Below are positions 8,499 through 18,582 of a stretch of 64,000 nt of DNA, one piece after another. The notes below the pieces were generated by a model. The model worked only from the letters and a program-made list of their open reading frames with translations. It did not search any database and had not been told where the DNA came from. The stretch covers positions 1,869 through 65,868 of the forward strand of contig JAPOFX010000005.1 in the NCBI GenBank assembly GCA_028283505.1, in the 5' to 3' direction. A program made the translations under genes and the position numbers. Numbering within the stretch: position 1 is the stretch's first letter; every line of letters starts with the position of its first letter. The stretch comes from Candidatus Poseidoniales archaeon. Its GTDB lineage: Archaea; Thermoplasmatota; Poseidoniia; Poseidoniales; Thalassarchaeaceae.

Positions 8499-11159
8499 CT
8501 AGGCCGCCTTATCTTCCCTTATCCTACTGATTCCCATTTTTTCTGATTGTTCTTTCACCGTTCCTTCTTTCAACGTTCCCTCTCTTTCAAGAGTCGATAG
8601 CGCTGCTAGAACTATGCTCTTTGTATCAATCTCGAAGAATCTTCTGAGTTCCTCCCTTGTATCGGACCTTCCGAAACCGTCGGTTCCGAGTACAGTAAAT
8701 CTACCCCCAACCCATCTCTGAATCATTTCTGGAACAGCCACAATGTAGTCAGATACAGCAATTGTTGGTGTGTCATCTCCAAAGCAATCAGAGACATAAG
8801 CAGATTTTTGCAATTGGGGGTTGAGTCTGTTTTGACGCTCGGACTCCATGCCCTCTCTTCTTAGCTCACCGTAAGATGTCACCGACCAAACTTCCGATGA
8901 GATCTCAAACTCAGATTCCAGGAAGGATGCCGCCTCTCGGGCATATTGAAGTATCGGGCCAGAACCTAAAATTCTCACATGTCCAAAATCTGATTTTTTG
9001 GATTCCTGAAGTTTGTAAGCACCTTTGACTATCCCCTCATCACATCCGTCTGGTTTGGCGGGTTGTTGTTGGTTCTCATTGTACAACATGAGATAGTGAA
9101 TAACGTCCTTATTCATGACCCACATCTCTTCAATCCCATGTCTAATTATGGTAGCTAGCTCGTATGCATAGGCTGGATCCCATGCTCGACAGCTTGGCAC
9201 AGTTGATGCGAATAGAAGACTGTGGCCGTCTTGATGCTGAAGTCCTTCACCATTGAGGGTAGTTCTTCCAGCTGTTGCACCCATCAAGAATCCTCTAGAT
9301 CTTGAGTCAGCTGCCGCCCATACTTGGTCTGCTGTTCTCTGGAATCCAAACATGGAATAGAATATGTAGAACGGGAGAGTTGGTGATGATGAGTGGGAAT
9401 AGGACGTAGCTGAAGCTGTCCATGTGGCCATCGATGTTGCTTCGGCGATACCTTCCTGAATGATTTGTCCTGAGTCTGACTCCTTGTAATTCATGAGCAT
9501 CTTGTGATCGACAGGAGTGTAATTTTGCCCGAACTGTGAGAAAATTCCAAATTCACTGAACAGAGGATCCATGCCGAAAGTTCTTCCTTCATCTGGAATA
9601 ATCGGAACAACCCTAGGCCCGATTTCTGACTTCAGGAGTTTTCTCAGTAGTCTCACAAATACCATTGTGGTCGAGACTAGTTGCCCTTCTCTCGTACCCT
9701 CATCGAACTCGGAGAAAGTAGTCTTGTCGGGGACTTCAATGTCGATAATCGGGGATTTTCTTGATGGTAGATATCCTCCTAGTGCCTCTCTTTTTCTTAC
9801 CATGTACTCAATTTCCTCCGAGTCATCTCCCGGGTGGAAAAATGGGCTTTTTTCAAGTGATTCGTCATCTATTGGTAGTTGTAGAGAATCTCGATAGGCC
9901 ATTAAATCTTCCATCGCCATCTTCTTTTTTTGATGGGTCGAGTTTCTTCCCTCGAACGAGTCTATTCCCCATCCTTTGACGGTATGAGACAGTATAACAG
10001 CAGGTCCATGAGCAGCTTCCGCAGATTTGTATGCTGCGTAGACTTTACGCGGATCATGGCCACCTCTGCGAAGATTTTCTATATCCTCGTCTGACAGTGA
10101 TTCTCCTAAGCTAGAGAGATTGTCATCACCAGAGAAGAATTCCTTCCTGAAATCAGAAGGAGATAGGGTGCTCATCCTTTGCCAGTCTCCATCATTTATT
10201 CCTTCGATCCGTGACAGTACTACCCCCAGAGAGTCCTCATTCATTATGCGGTCCCACCCAGAAGACCAGAGTACCTTGATCACGGTCCATCCGGCCCCTC
10301 TGTAGAGCCCCTCCAGCTCCTGGATTATCTTGGAGTTCCCACGCACAGGGCCATCAAGACGCTGGAGATTACAGTTTACGACTACTATCAGATTGTCGAG
10401 TTTCTCTCTTCCAGCTATTGCGATAGAGGCTATGGATTCCGGCTCATCCATCTCCCCATCTCCCAAGAAAGCGAATACCCTACTCTGAGAGGTATCTGCG
10501 AGACCTCTCTGATGCAAATACTTCCAAAACCTTGCCTGCATTACGGCCCCTAAAGCCCCTAGACCCATTGAGACAGTGGTATATTCCCAAAATTCTGGCA
10601 TAAGTCTGGGATGAGGGTATGAGGAAAGCCCATCTTTGAAGGCCTCCTGCCTGAAATTGAGCATCTGGTCAAGGGTTATTCTACCCTCCAAGAATGCCCT
10701 CGAGTAGATTCCCGGACTCACGTGCCCTTGGACATATATGGCATCGCCAATTCCATTGTAATCTTTCCCTCTGAAGATATGATTGAATCCTACCTCGTAA
10801 AGAGTGGAGCTTGATGCATATGTGGATATATGCCCTCCTATTCCGTCAATCCTTCTATTGGAGTCCGACACCACAACGGCAGCGTTCCACAGAATTGCAT
10901 TCTGAATTTTTCTCTCTATATCCAAATCCCCTGGATAGGGGGGTTGTTGATCGAGAGAGATGGTATTCAGATAGGGGGTTCGAGAAGGGGGCATTATTGG
11001 AATCGAAAGGTCATTGGCCTCGATCATCAATTCATGAAGGAGCAACCTTGCTCTCTCTGCTCCGTGTGAGTCGACTACATTTCTCAGTGACTCAAGCCAC
11101 TCATCAGTCTCTTCGGGGTCCATATCAGGGAGCCGTTGTCTCGGTTTTGGACCTGCCAT
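8499..11159 (-). CDS. aceE: Pyruvate dehydrogenase E1, homodimeric (AceE type)
   Basis: D.DPEETDEWL, GGHIS.YAS, SSYPHP.LMP.FW..TVSMGLG, GDGEMDEPES, NLQRLDGPVRGN, GTDGFGRSD.R..LRRFFE. Confidence 0.95.
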   Translation of the reverse strand: MAGPKPRQRLPDMDPEETDEWLESLRNVVDSHGAERARLLLHELMIEANDLSIPIMPPSRTPYLNTISLDQQPPYPGDLDIERKIQNAILWNAAVVVSDSNRRIDGIGGHISTYASSSTLYEVGFNHIFRGKDYNGIGDAIYVQGHVSPGIYSRAFLEGRITLDQMLNFRQEAFKDGLSSYPHPRLMPEFWEYTTVSMGLGALGAVMQARFWKYLHQRGLADTSQSRVFAFLGDGEMDEPESIASIAIAGREKLDNLIVVVNCNLQRLDGPVRGNSKIIQELEGLYRGAGWTVIKVLWSSGWDRIMNEDSLGVVLSRIEGINDGDWQRMSTLSPSDFRKEFFSGDDNLSSLGESLSDEDIENLRRGGHDPRKVYAAYKSAEAAHGPAVILSHTVKGWGIDSFEGRNSTHQKKKMAMEDLMAYRDSLQLPIDDESLEKSPFFHPGDDSEEIEYMVRKREALGGYLPSRKSPIIDIEVPDKTTFSEFDEGTREGQLVSTTMVFVRLLRKLLKSEIGPRVVPIIPDEGRTFGMDPLFSEFGIFSQFGQNYTPVDHKMLMNYKESDSGQIIQEGIAEATSMATWTASATSYSHSSSPTLPFYIFYSMFGFQRTADQVWAAADSRSRGFLMGATAGRTTLNGEGLQHQDGHSLLFASTVPSCRAWDPAYAYELATIIRHGIEEMWVMNKDVIHYLMLYNENQQQPAKPDGCDEGIVKGAYKLQESKKSDFGHVRILGSGPILQYAREAASFLESEFEISSEVWSVTSYGELRREGMESERQNRLNPQLQKSAYVSDCFGDDTPTIAVSDYIVAVPEMIQRWVGGRFTVLGTDGFGRSDTREELRRFFEIDTKSIVLAALSTLEREGTLKEGTVKEQSEKMGISRIREDKAA

Positions 11160-11229
11160 ACTGTCACCTGCTCCTACGGGGCAAACTTCCGAGTAGTGAT
11201 TGTTTATTCAATGTTCGATAGTGTAGTGC

Positions 11230-11823
11230 TCATTTAGTCGGACCTTTTGGACCAACAGTTACTACATGGCACTCATGCACGGTTCTCACGCCTGCTACTG
11301 TAATTGATGAGTCGCCTTCGATGCATCTCCTTCCGGACCACTTCCTGACAATCTTTGATACTGTACTCTTGCCGGGTATGTTTAGTGGATCGACCTTGAG
11401 CTCGATGTTAACTTCCCCAATTTCTCCCATCCACTTCAAGACTGCTTCTATCGACTTACTGGCTATTCCATGATTCTGTTCAGAGCTTCTGACCCAGTAT
11501 CCCAGATTCCATGTCGCTTGACCTGATCTAGTTACACGGTCAAAGCCTATGAGGCCTAGAGTCGAGTTATCCCATGGCCTAATCATGACCCAGTGATGTA
11601 GCAGTCCGGCTCTTCCCATCCTCTCGGTTTCTGAGAGAAATTCAGATATTTGTGCAGAAATATTGCCATCCGGGTTGATCCACGGCATCGCTCTATTTAC
11701 CTCCGGCCATGTCTCCTCGAATGCCTCAATAATTTCATGAGTACGTAATCTTGAGGCTGGTCTAAGAACTAGATCTTCGTCCACCCTGATTGAACTAGTT
11801 GCCCGCCTCATGGCATTTCGCAC
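11230..11823 (-). CDS. GNAT N-acetyltransferase (RimJ/RimL-like)
   Basis: L.LRP, AMPW, LGYWVR...QNHGIAS, V.P.N.P. Confidence 0.75.
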   Translation of the reverse strand: MRNAMRRATSSIRVDEDLVLRPASRLRTHEIIEAFEETWPEVNRAMPWINPDGNISAQISEFLSETERMGRAGLLHHWVMIRPWDNSTLGLIGFDRVTRSGQATWNLGYWVRSSEQNHGIASKSIEAVLKWMGEIGEVNIELKVDPLNIPGKSTVSKIVRKWSGRRCIEGDSSITVAGVRTVHECHVVTVGPKGPTK

Positions 11824-11856
11824 GAGAGTCTATCGAATGATACCTGCGGATTATCC

Positions 11857-12912
11857 TTAAGGCCTCAGTTTGGATTTTGCAGTCAGTACTGATTCGTCCT
11901 CTGGATGGGCACGAATGGCCGCTTCCAGTAATCTGTCCACAGCTTGGGGCCTTCCCATTCTCTGTAGCAGTGCTCCAATTGGATAGACTAGCTTCGTCCT
12001 ATCTCCAAGATGTGGTCCAACTTCATCCAATATTACGGTGGCTTGAGCGATGTTTTTTGATTTTGCAGCTTCCATGGCAGACTTGACCTTCTGGGCTACA
12101 TCTCTGCCAGACCATTCTTCCTGTTGCGCCCATGGCCAAAAATTCTGGGTTTTTTCCTCAACAACTGGAATTGAGTCGATCACTGATAGATCAGGTGGAG
12201 GGGGAATAGGCATCGGGTCCTGATCCTCATCAACTACTGGGGGAGCTATTTCGGGTCCCTTGTGGGGAGGTAGGTTAGTTGGGGGCGATGGTAGATTTTC
12301 TGACTGTTCAATGTCTTCCGTGGGAGGCTCTGGCTCATCTCGCTCAACCTCCTCTGTTGATACTTGATCTGGTATTTGCTCAGCTGGTACTGTCTCAACA
12401 TCATCGGGGGATTCTGAGGTTGGTAATACGAGATCAACCTGCTGTACTGTAATCTCTTCCAACATTTCTTCCTCAACATCGGGAACTTCAAACTTAGTAA
12501 CGAACTCTGGCGCGTCATCAGGAGTCAGCTCATACTCTTCTTCCTCTTCTCCGTCTACTATGGGTTTGGGTGTATCAACCGTCATAGCGAAGCTCGGTTT
12601 CTGCTTGGTTACCACTGAGTCATCTTTTCCATATTGTTTGACATCGATAGTCACATCGTCCATCGTGAATGTAGTTCTGGACCAGTCCACTACTTCCTCT
12701 TCTTTGTCCTCTTCAAAATCAGATAGGAGTTCATCGAAAAGTTCAGTGGTCTCCTCTTCTTTGACATTAACAGCTTGTTGATGTGAAGCCAAGGTAAGTT
12801 GATAAGAGCATCTTGAACAAACCTCGGATCCTTCTAGATTCTTCTCTTGGCAAAGGGGGCATTCAATCGTATTTTCTACTGTTTTTCGATTAAATTTGAA
12901 TCTGTCAAACAC
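11857..12912 (-). CDS. Hypothetical protein: N-terminal Zn ribbon, acidic/Pro-rich linker, C-terminal TPR-like helices
   Basis: CPLC..CSRC, long E/D/P-rich region, helical end. 351-aa ORF filling the gap. Confidence 0.7.
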   Translation of the reverse strand: MFDRFKFNRKTVENTIECPLCQEKNLEGSEVCSRCSYQLTLASHQQAVNVKEEETTELFDELLSDFEEDKEEEVVDWSRTTFTMDDVTIDVKQYGKDDSVVTKQKPSFAMTVDTPKPIVDGEEEEEYELTPDDAPEFVTKFEVPDVEEEMLEEITVQQVDLVLPTSESPDDVETVPAEQIPDQVSTEEVERDEPEPPTEDIEQSENLPSPPTNLPPHKGPEIAPPVVDEDQDPMPIPPPPDLSVIDSIPVVEEKTQNFWPWAQQEEWSGRDVAQKVKSAMEAAKSKNIAQATVILDEVGPHLGDRTKLVYPIGALLQRMGRPQAVDRLLEAAIRAHPEDESVLTAKSKLRP

Positions 12913-13048
12913 CTACGCATCCCCCCTCTAGTAACTACCTCCACTAAACACATCGTATAATCCTCACGGGGATATGAGTGGAATGACTGTCTCAAGTTAG
13001 TGACATTTCTCAGGTAATGGTGATGAGGGGGTTCTCTTACGGTTATGC

Positions 13049-14977
13049 GTGGATGCAGGTGATGAAGAGCTTCGGGCTCGCTTCAACAGGAGTCAGGATC
13101 ATCATGAGCTTTATCAAAAGTTGATTCGCTGGGAGCTTGATGACGAGCTTTCTGCTACGGAAAAAAGACTTAGAGATTGGCCCAAGAAAAGACTAGTTTC
13201 TAATGGCTTAGCACTTTTTGATTTGATTGCCAAACCTGACGGGTGGCTATTCGATCAGAGAATAGTGAAACTAAGAAAAAGGGGTGGATCAGATCTGGGC
13301 CAGCATAGGTTTAGGCAGGGAGATATAGTAATGTTGAGCAGAGGTGATCCATTGTCCGAAAGGCCAATAGAGGCGATAGTCAGTGATAGGAGAAGGGACT
13401 CGATTAGAATTGTACTTAATGAGGCCCCGTCCGACTTGAGGAAGGACTCCTGGAGAATGGATAGGGGAGCGAACAGAGTTGCATATGATCGGATGAGGGA
13501 TTCTTTGAACTCAATTTTTCAAGAGGAGGGAGGCGTCCCTTTGAGAAATTTGATACTTGGTTCGGTACATGATCCTTCAGGGACCGCTTCCTTACCTCCA
13601 CAACTCGGCAACTCCCGAGGTAGGACCTTCGTTTTGGACTCATCAATGAATGGGTCTCAGAAGAAAGCCGCCATGGCCGCAGTAGAACAGAGACTTACTC
13701 TGATTCAGGGTCCGCCAGGTACTGGTAAGACACATACAGCGGTGAGAATAGTCGAGGCATGGTCACAGCAAGATTATGGGACAATCTTAGCGGTCGCCGA
13801 CTCTAATGTTGCGGTTGATAATTTACTGGAGGGTTTACTCCAGCTTGGCGTGAGAGCAGTGAGACTTGGCCAGCCAGTAAAGGTTAGGGAGGGCTTGAGA
13901 GAAGCAACTATGGATGCTCTGATGGAGAAACACCCGCTGAGAAAGGACTTGATTGATCATTTGGAGCTCAATGAAAAGCTTGGTCGAAAAATAAAGGGTA
14001 TGAGAGGTGGCAAAGAGAAGGGCTTGGCACATAGAGACCTGAGCAGGGGATGGAAAGAAGTGAGGAAGATTGAGGGGCAGATGAGAGACGATATATTAGA
14101 CAGGGCACAGGTACTTTGTTGCACCTGCATAGGCTCTGGACATGAGATTTTAGATGGCAGGAGGTTTAGTCAGGTGTTAATTGATGAAGCTACTCAAGCT
14201 ACAGAGCCGTCTACACTAGTTCCGATAGTAAGAGGCGCGAGACAGGTGGTTCTGGTAGGTGATCATCGACAGCTCTCGCCTACTGTAATTTCAAGAAGGG
14301 CCTCGGATGGAGGATTATCAAGAACACTTTTCGAACGAATCATGGATATGGGGGTGACACCCCATTTGTTAACAAAGCAATACCGAATGCATCCAGCAAT
14401 TTCTGAATTTCCCAATCAACAATTCTACTCAGGTAAATTGGAGGACGGGGTTTCTGAATCGGAAAGAACAGCTCCTGCAGGGATTCTTTGGCCTGACTGG
14501 GAAAGGCCAGTTGCGTTCTTACCCGTGGAAGGAGGGGAGATGACAGGGCCCGATGGTGCTTCCAAGGAGAACAGGGTCGAGGCATCTTGGGTAGCGAAGA
14601 TAGTTGGAGATATAATTGATGCTGGTGAGATTGAGGAAGATGGAATAGGAATAATTACACCTTATGCGGCACAGGTGAGGGCCATTCGAGATATTCTCCC
14701 CGAGACCCTCTCGAGCATTGAGGTAAAGACTGTTGACGGGTACCAGGGAAGAGAGAAGGAGGTGATTGTTTTCTCCTGTGTCAGATCTAATTCAGAAGGA
14801 AGGATTGGTTTCCTATCGGATCCTAGAAGATTGAATGTTGCACTCACTAGAGCGAAGAGAGGGTTGATAGTAATCGGAGACCCTTCAACACTGAGGGAAG
14901 ATGAGAATTGGTCGGCTTGGTTGGAGCATGCAAGAAAACATAACCTTGAGGCGTGGCACATCATCGGAATGGTTTGA
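13049..14977 (+). CDS. SF1B helicase, Upf1/IGHMBP2/DNA2-like
   Basis: IQGPPGTGKT, SNVAVDNL, DEATQA.EP, LVGDH.QL.P, QYRMHP.I, GIITPY.AQV, TVDGYQGREK, RRLNVALTRAK. Confidence 0.95.
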   Translation: MDAGDEELRARFNRSQDHHELYQKLIRWELDDELSATEKRLRDWPKKRLVSNGLALFDLIAKPDGWLFDQRIVKLRKRGGSDLGQHRFRQGDIVMLSRGDPLSERPIEAIVSDRRRDSIRIVLNEAPSDLRKDSWRMDRGANRVAYDRMRDSLNSIFQEEGGVPLRNLILGSVHDPSGTASLPPQLGNSRGRTFVLDSSMNGSQKKAAMAAVEQRLTLIQGPPGTGKTHTAVRIVEAWSQQDYGTILAVADSNVAVDNLLEGLLQLGVRAVRLGQPVKVREGLREATMDALMEKHPLRKDLIDHLELNEKLGRKIKGMRGGKEKGLAHRDLSRGWKEVRKIEGQMRDDILDRAQVLCCTCIGSGHEILDGRRFSQVLIDEATQATEPSTLVPIVRGARQVVLVGDHRQLSPTVISRRASDGGLSRTLFERIMDMGVTPHLLTKQYRMHPAISEFPNQQFYSGKLEDGVSESERTAPAGILWPDWERPVAFLPVEGGEMTGPDGASKENRVEASWVAKIVGDIIDAGEIEEDGIGIITPYAAQVRAIRDILPETLSSIEVKTVDGYQGREKEVIVFSCVRSNSEGRIGFLSDPRRLNVALTRAKRGLIVIGDPSTLREDENWSAWLEHARKHNLEAWHIIGMV

Positions 14978-14986
14978 GGAAGCGCA

Positions 14987-15562
14987 ATGGTAGATCATGA
15001 TTCACCGATTTCTCTGTCTCCTGCTGGGGGTTCCATAGCAAGAGCGATAGTAGCTGAGAAGAATCCCGACCACTGGAACCTTCCTGAGGGAACAATACTT
15101 GCTTCTGCCACCAGAAGAGGTACCTCTTTTGCAATTGATGTGGTGATTGTTTCTACGATTTTGATGCTAGTAACGGATTTTCAATTGATGAACGTTTGGA
15201 TTCTGGAGACTTGGACAACATCGACTCATCATTCGGTCGCCTATAGTTTCGTCTTACTGGCATCTCACTGGCTCTACTGGAGGCTTACTGGAATTAAATT
15301 TTCTAGATCCCTCGGACAGAGAGCGATGGGGCTAGCCGTGGTCGCGGAGGATGGTAGTGAGATGACCAGTGAAATGTGGGACAGAAGGTCCTTCAGAAAG
15401 CTCATTCTTCTAATACCAGTCATCAACTTGTACGTTGGAGCCTACGAGGTTGCAAGGATCTTTCAGAGGCATACTCACCAAACCAACACTGATCTGAGTG
15501 TGGGGTCGATCGTAGCACATGCGTATTCACTGCCTCCTGCAAACAGACGTCATATAAGGTAG
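14987..15562 (+). CDS. RDD family membrane protein
   Basis: LAS..RR..SFAID, SLG.RAMGL.VV, D...G.IV, hydrophobic segments. Confidence 0.8.
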   Translation: MVDHDSPISLSPAGGSIARAIVAEKNPDHWNLPEGTILASATRRGTSFAIDVVIVSTILMLVTDFQLMNVWILETWTTSTHHSVAYSFVLLASHWLYWRLTGIKFSRSLGQRAMGLAVVAEDGSEMTSEMWDRRSFRKLILLIPVINLYVGAYEVARIFQRHTHQTNTDLSVGSIVAHAYSLPPANRRHIR

Positions 15563-15567
15563 GTAAT

Positions 15568-16170
15568 ATGGAAGATCCATTGTCAGTCCTCAGGCGAGGA
15601 GGTTGTGTGGTATATCCAACCTCCACTCAGCCTGCACTGGGTTGTATTCCTGAGAGCTCCGCATTGGATCTTCTCTACTCGATAAAAGGTAGGGAGAGAA
15701 GTCAGCCGGTTAGCCTAGGAGTAGCGAATCTAGAACAGGCACGTGAAATTGTGTTTGTTCCAAAAGAAGTGGAGGATTTATTGGATTACTTCCCCAAAGG
15801 CTCGATGACAGTGGTCCTAGACTCAAGAAATGACCTTGATGAAAGACTCGGGAGGAACAGGGTTGCAATCAGAGTTGTTTCGCATAATGCAGCGGTGAGC
15901 CTTATCGAAGATATCGGGCCACTTACAGCTACCAGTGCTAATTTGTCAGGTAGAGCCCCCATACTGGACACTGCAATAGCCGCTCAGTCTCTTTCCACTT
16001 CGAATATCAGGGTCCCCCATGTTAGTGGTATATGTGGGGGCGACACACCCAGTACCTTGATATCTTGGCAATCGTCCACTCGCTCACCCGATGCTACAGG
16101 AACCAAGGTGCTCAGAGAGGGATTAGTCAAGAAGAAGGAGGTTTTTGATTGGTTGAAGAGTCAGATTTGA
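15568..16170 (+). CDS. tsaC: L-threonylcarbamoyladenylate synthase (TsaC/YrdC, single domain)
   Basis: VVYPT.T, Y.IKGR...P, PKG.MT, VAIR, TATSANLSG. Confidence 0.85.
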   Translation: MEDPLSVLRRGGCVVYPTSTQPALGCIPESSALDLLYSIKGRERSQPVSLGVANLEQAREIVFVPKEVEDLLDYFPKGSMTVVLDSRNDLDERLGRNRVAIRVVSHNAAVSLIEDIGPLTATSANLSGRAPILDTAIAAQSLSTSNIRVPHVSGICGGDTPSTLISWQSSTRSPDATGTKVLREGLVKKKEVFDWLKSQI

Positions 16171-17162
16171 AGCAGTGGAGGGATGCAGGCCATGTGGCCA
16201 GAAGAACTCTGGAGGGCATCAAGGGAGAGATTGTAGCCGGAAAGGGCTGGAACGAAGTCATTGACTCCGCGGAGAGGTTCATACGAAGGCACGGTGGCCA
16301 GGCCGCCTTTCCTGTAACTATATCGGTAAACGATTTTGCCGCTCATTACACCACAAATACCCAGTTAAGCCCCCCTGAAGGGTGGGAAAGGGAGATGGTA
16401 TTCGAGAAAGGTGACTTGGTAAAACTGGATGTGGGGGTTCATATTAAAGGTGCATTGGGTGATAACGCGCTGACTTTGGAAGTTGGGAACGGAGGGAATC
16501 ATACTGATCAGATTAAGGCCGCGAGAGAGGCTAGAGACGCTGCGATAGAGAAGATGCACCCCGGTACTCCGTGGCACGTTGTCGGAGCTGCATCGGAGCA
16601 GGTTACCAAGGACTATGGATTCATGCCGATCTCAAATCTATGCGGACACAAAATGGAGAGATGGAGCCTACATGATGGAGTTTCAATTCCCATGTACGCC
16701 TGTGGCGCAAATAACCCGAGTTTCAAGGGTTCAGTAGAACAGGGCGGGATATACGCCGTAGAGCCGTTCAATACAACGGGTAGCAGTGGATTGGTAGAAA
16801 ATGTGAGTCCTCATAATTCTTCAAATATACTTAGAGTAACCGGGAACGTAAAGATCAGACGTGCCCTGGAAAAGAAAAAGCTCAAGCCGTTGGGTGCGAG
16901 ATTAGCTCACTACATTGAGGAGAGGTACAACACACTTCCATTTGCTGAAAGATGGGCTTTCCCATTACTAGAAAAGCCGTTTCCCGAGGAGGATGATGAG
17001 TCTCTTAGAAGAAAATGGGGTCAGTTGGTAAAGAAATTAACCTCCATAAGATTCCTTGAGGTATACTCCGCGCTAAAGGACCAAGACGGGGGCCACGTAG
17101 GCCAATTTGAGCACACTGTTTATGTTGCGGAGGGTGGAGCAGAGGTTCTATCCGTATCTTAA
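16149..17162 (+). CDS. map: Methionine aminopeptidase type II
   Basis: AFPV.IS.N..AAHYT, KLD.GVH.KG..GD.A.T, NLCGH, YAVEPF, TLPFA.RW insert, QFEHT. TTG start after AGGAGG. Confidence 0.95.
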   Translation: MVEESDLKQWRDAGHVARRTLEGIKGEIVAGKGWNEVIDSAERFIRRHGGQAAFPVTISVNDFAAHYTTNTQLSPPEGWEREMVFEKGDLVKLDVGVHIKGALGDNALTLEVGNGGNHTDQIKAAREARDAAIEKMHPGTPWHVVGAASEQVTKDYGFMPISNLCGHKMERWSLHDGVSIPMYACGANNPSFKGSVEQGGIYAVEPFNTTGSSGLVENVSPHNSSNILRVTGNVKIRRALEKKKLKPLGARLAHYIEERYNTLPFAERWAFPLLEKPFPEEDDESLRRKWGQLVKKLTSIRFLEVYSALKDQDGGHVGQFEHTVYVAEGGAEVLSVS

Positions 17163-17310
17163 TGGGATGAAAATATTCGTAAAACTACTTTTTTCCCTTT
17201 ATTTCCAACAACGATTATCTATCACCTGCTCCCAGTGGAGCACGTACGGGGCCGATAGGTTCTCGCTAAGTGCATCCCATCCCTTCGCAATTATCTCTCG
17301 CCCTGTACAC

Positions 17311-18240
17311 CTAGAAAGACTCAGGCTTTGCCTTAGCTTCACCAAACATTGTGACTGCGATAATGGCCGCAAAAATTAGAATCATCCCAGCCGACTGCTG
17401 TGATGACGGGGCTTCATCGAGAAGAAAGATGCCCCAAATTATGGTCAATACCGGCTGAATGAGGACTGCAAACGAGGTGTGGGCTCCAGGAAGCCTGGGA
17501 AGTGCATATGTTATTGCTATCCAACCCGCTACCTGACAGGAAAGGGCTAGCATCAACAACCAAGCATGGCTTGGCCATGTTATCTCGAAATTAATCTGCT
17601 GGACTCCGATTGGTTCAAGTGGCATCAAGCCTAGAACTAGAAGACCAAAGGTAGCTCCAACCGTAGCATCAAACTGCGCATTAGCGGCCGGGGCCAACTG
17701 TCTGTTAGAGTACCTGTAGAGTATCAAAAATGATGAGTAAAAGAACGCGGCTAAAACTGCCGCAAATACTCCCTTTGTCGGATCCTCTCCATAAGGCTCC
17801 CCATCCCATATTCCTGAAATTAAGGCTAGGCCCACTACCACAACAGGCAATGAGATAAGAATGGACCGATTTGGTCTCTCCCCCAAGAGCTTCCAGCTAA
17901 CCAATGTAACAATTATGACTTGTGAGTTTCCAATTAGGGTAGCGATTCCTGTTCCGACATAGTCTATGGCGCTGTGATATCCAAGGAAGTCGAATGCTAT
18001 GATTATTCCAGCCAAGAAAGTCAGTCTCCTTGATTTTAGATCACGAGTATCCTCTTTTCGGGAAAAATATACCACAATGAAGAGGAATGGTACGGCATAG
18101 GCCATACGGAAGAATGCACCAGTTGCAGGATTGGTTTCCGACAATTTATACAGAAGGGGGGCGAAGGAAATCGCTCCAGCACCTGCTAGTGCAATGAGCA
18201 TTGTGCGTCGATCTTCGGACGACGGAGCGTTTCCCCTCAC
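17311..18240 (-). CDS. DMT/EamA family transporter
   Basis: About 10 hydrophobic helices with duplicated halves (LGERP / LDEAP). Confidence 0.9.
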   Translation of the reverse strand: MRGNAPSSEDRRTMLIALAGAGAISFAPLLYKLSETNPATGAFFRMAYAVPFLFIVVYFSRKEDTRDLKSRRLTFLAGIIIAFDFLGYHSAIDYVGTGIATLIGNSQVIIVTLVSWKLLGERPNRSILISLPVVVVGLALISGIWDGEPYGEDPTKGVFAAVLAAFFYSSFLILYRYSNRQLAPAANAQFDATVGATFGLLVLGLMPLEPIGVQQINFEITWPSHAWLLMLALSCQVAGWIAITYALPRLPGAHTSFAVLIQPVLTIIWGIFLLDEAPSSQQSAGMILIFAAIIAVTMFGEAKAKPESF

Positions 18241-18578
18241 GCACGGCCGGCTTCGTACATCTCTAGAAGGCTACCGTCTTGGAACATCTCAAGAACTATG
18301 TCACTTCCACCAATCAATTCACCATGAACGAACACCTGTGGGATGGTAGGAAAGTCCGACCATTCTTTTAGCGCTGTCCTGGCTCTTGGATCAGACAAGA
18401 CGTTTACACAGGCGAATTGCTCCAAGCCTACTTCCCTGGCGAATGCACTTACAATCTGAGAACCGCGACTAGAGAATCCGCATTGTGGCTGTTCCGGGGT
18501 TCCTTTCATGAAAATTACTAATTCGTTTCCATCTACTATCTCTTGCAATTCACTTGGTGTCCAGTTAAATCCGCTCAT
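18237..18578 (-). CDS. grxD: Monothiol glutaredoxin (Grx4 family)
   Basis: FMKGTP..PQCGFS, WSDFPTIPQ.F..GE..GG.DI. Adjacent to bolA. Confidence 0.93.
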   Translation of the reverse strand: MSGFNWTPSELQEIVDGNELVIFMKGTPEQPQCGFSSRGSQIVSAFAREVGLEQFACVNVLSDPRARTALKEWSDFPTIPQVFVHGELIGGSDIVLEMFQDGSLLEMYEAGRA

Positions 18579-18582
18579 TTTA

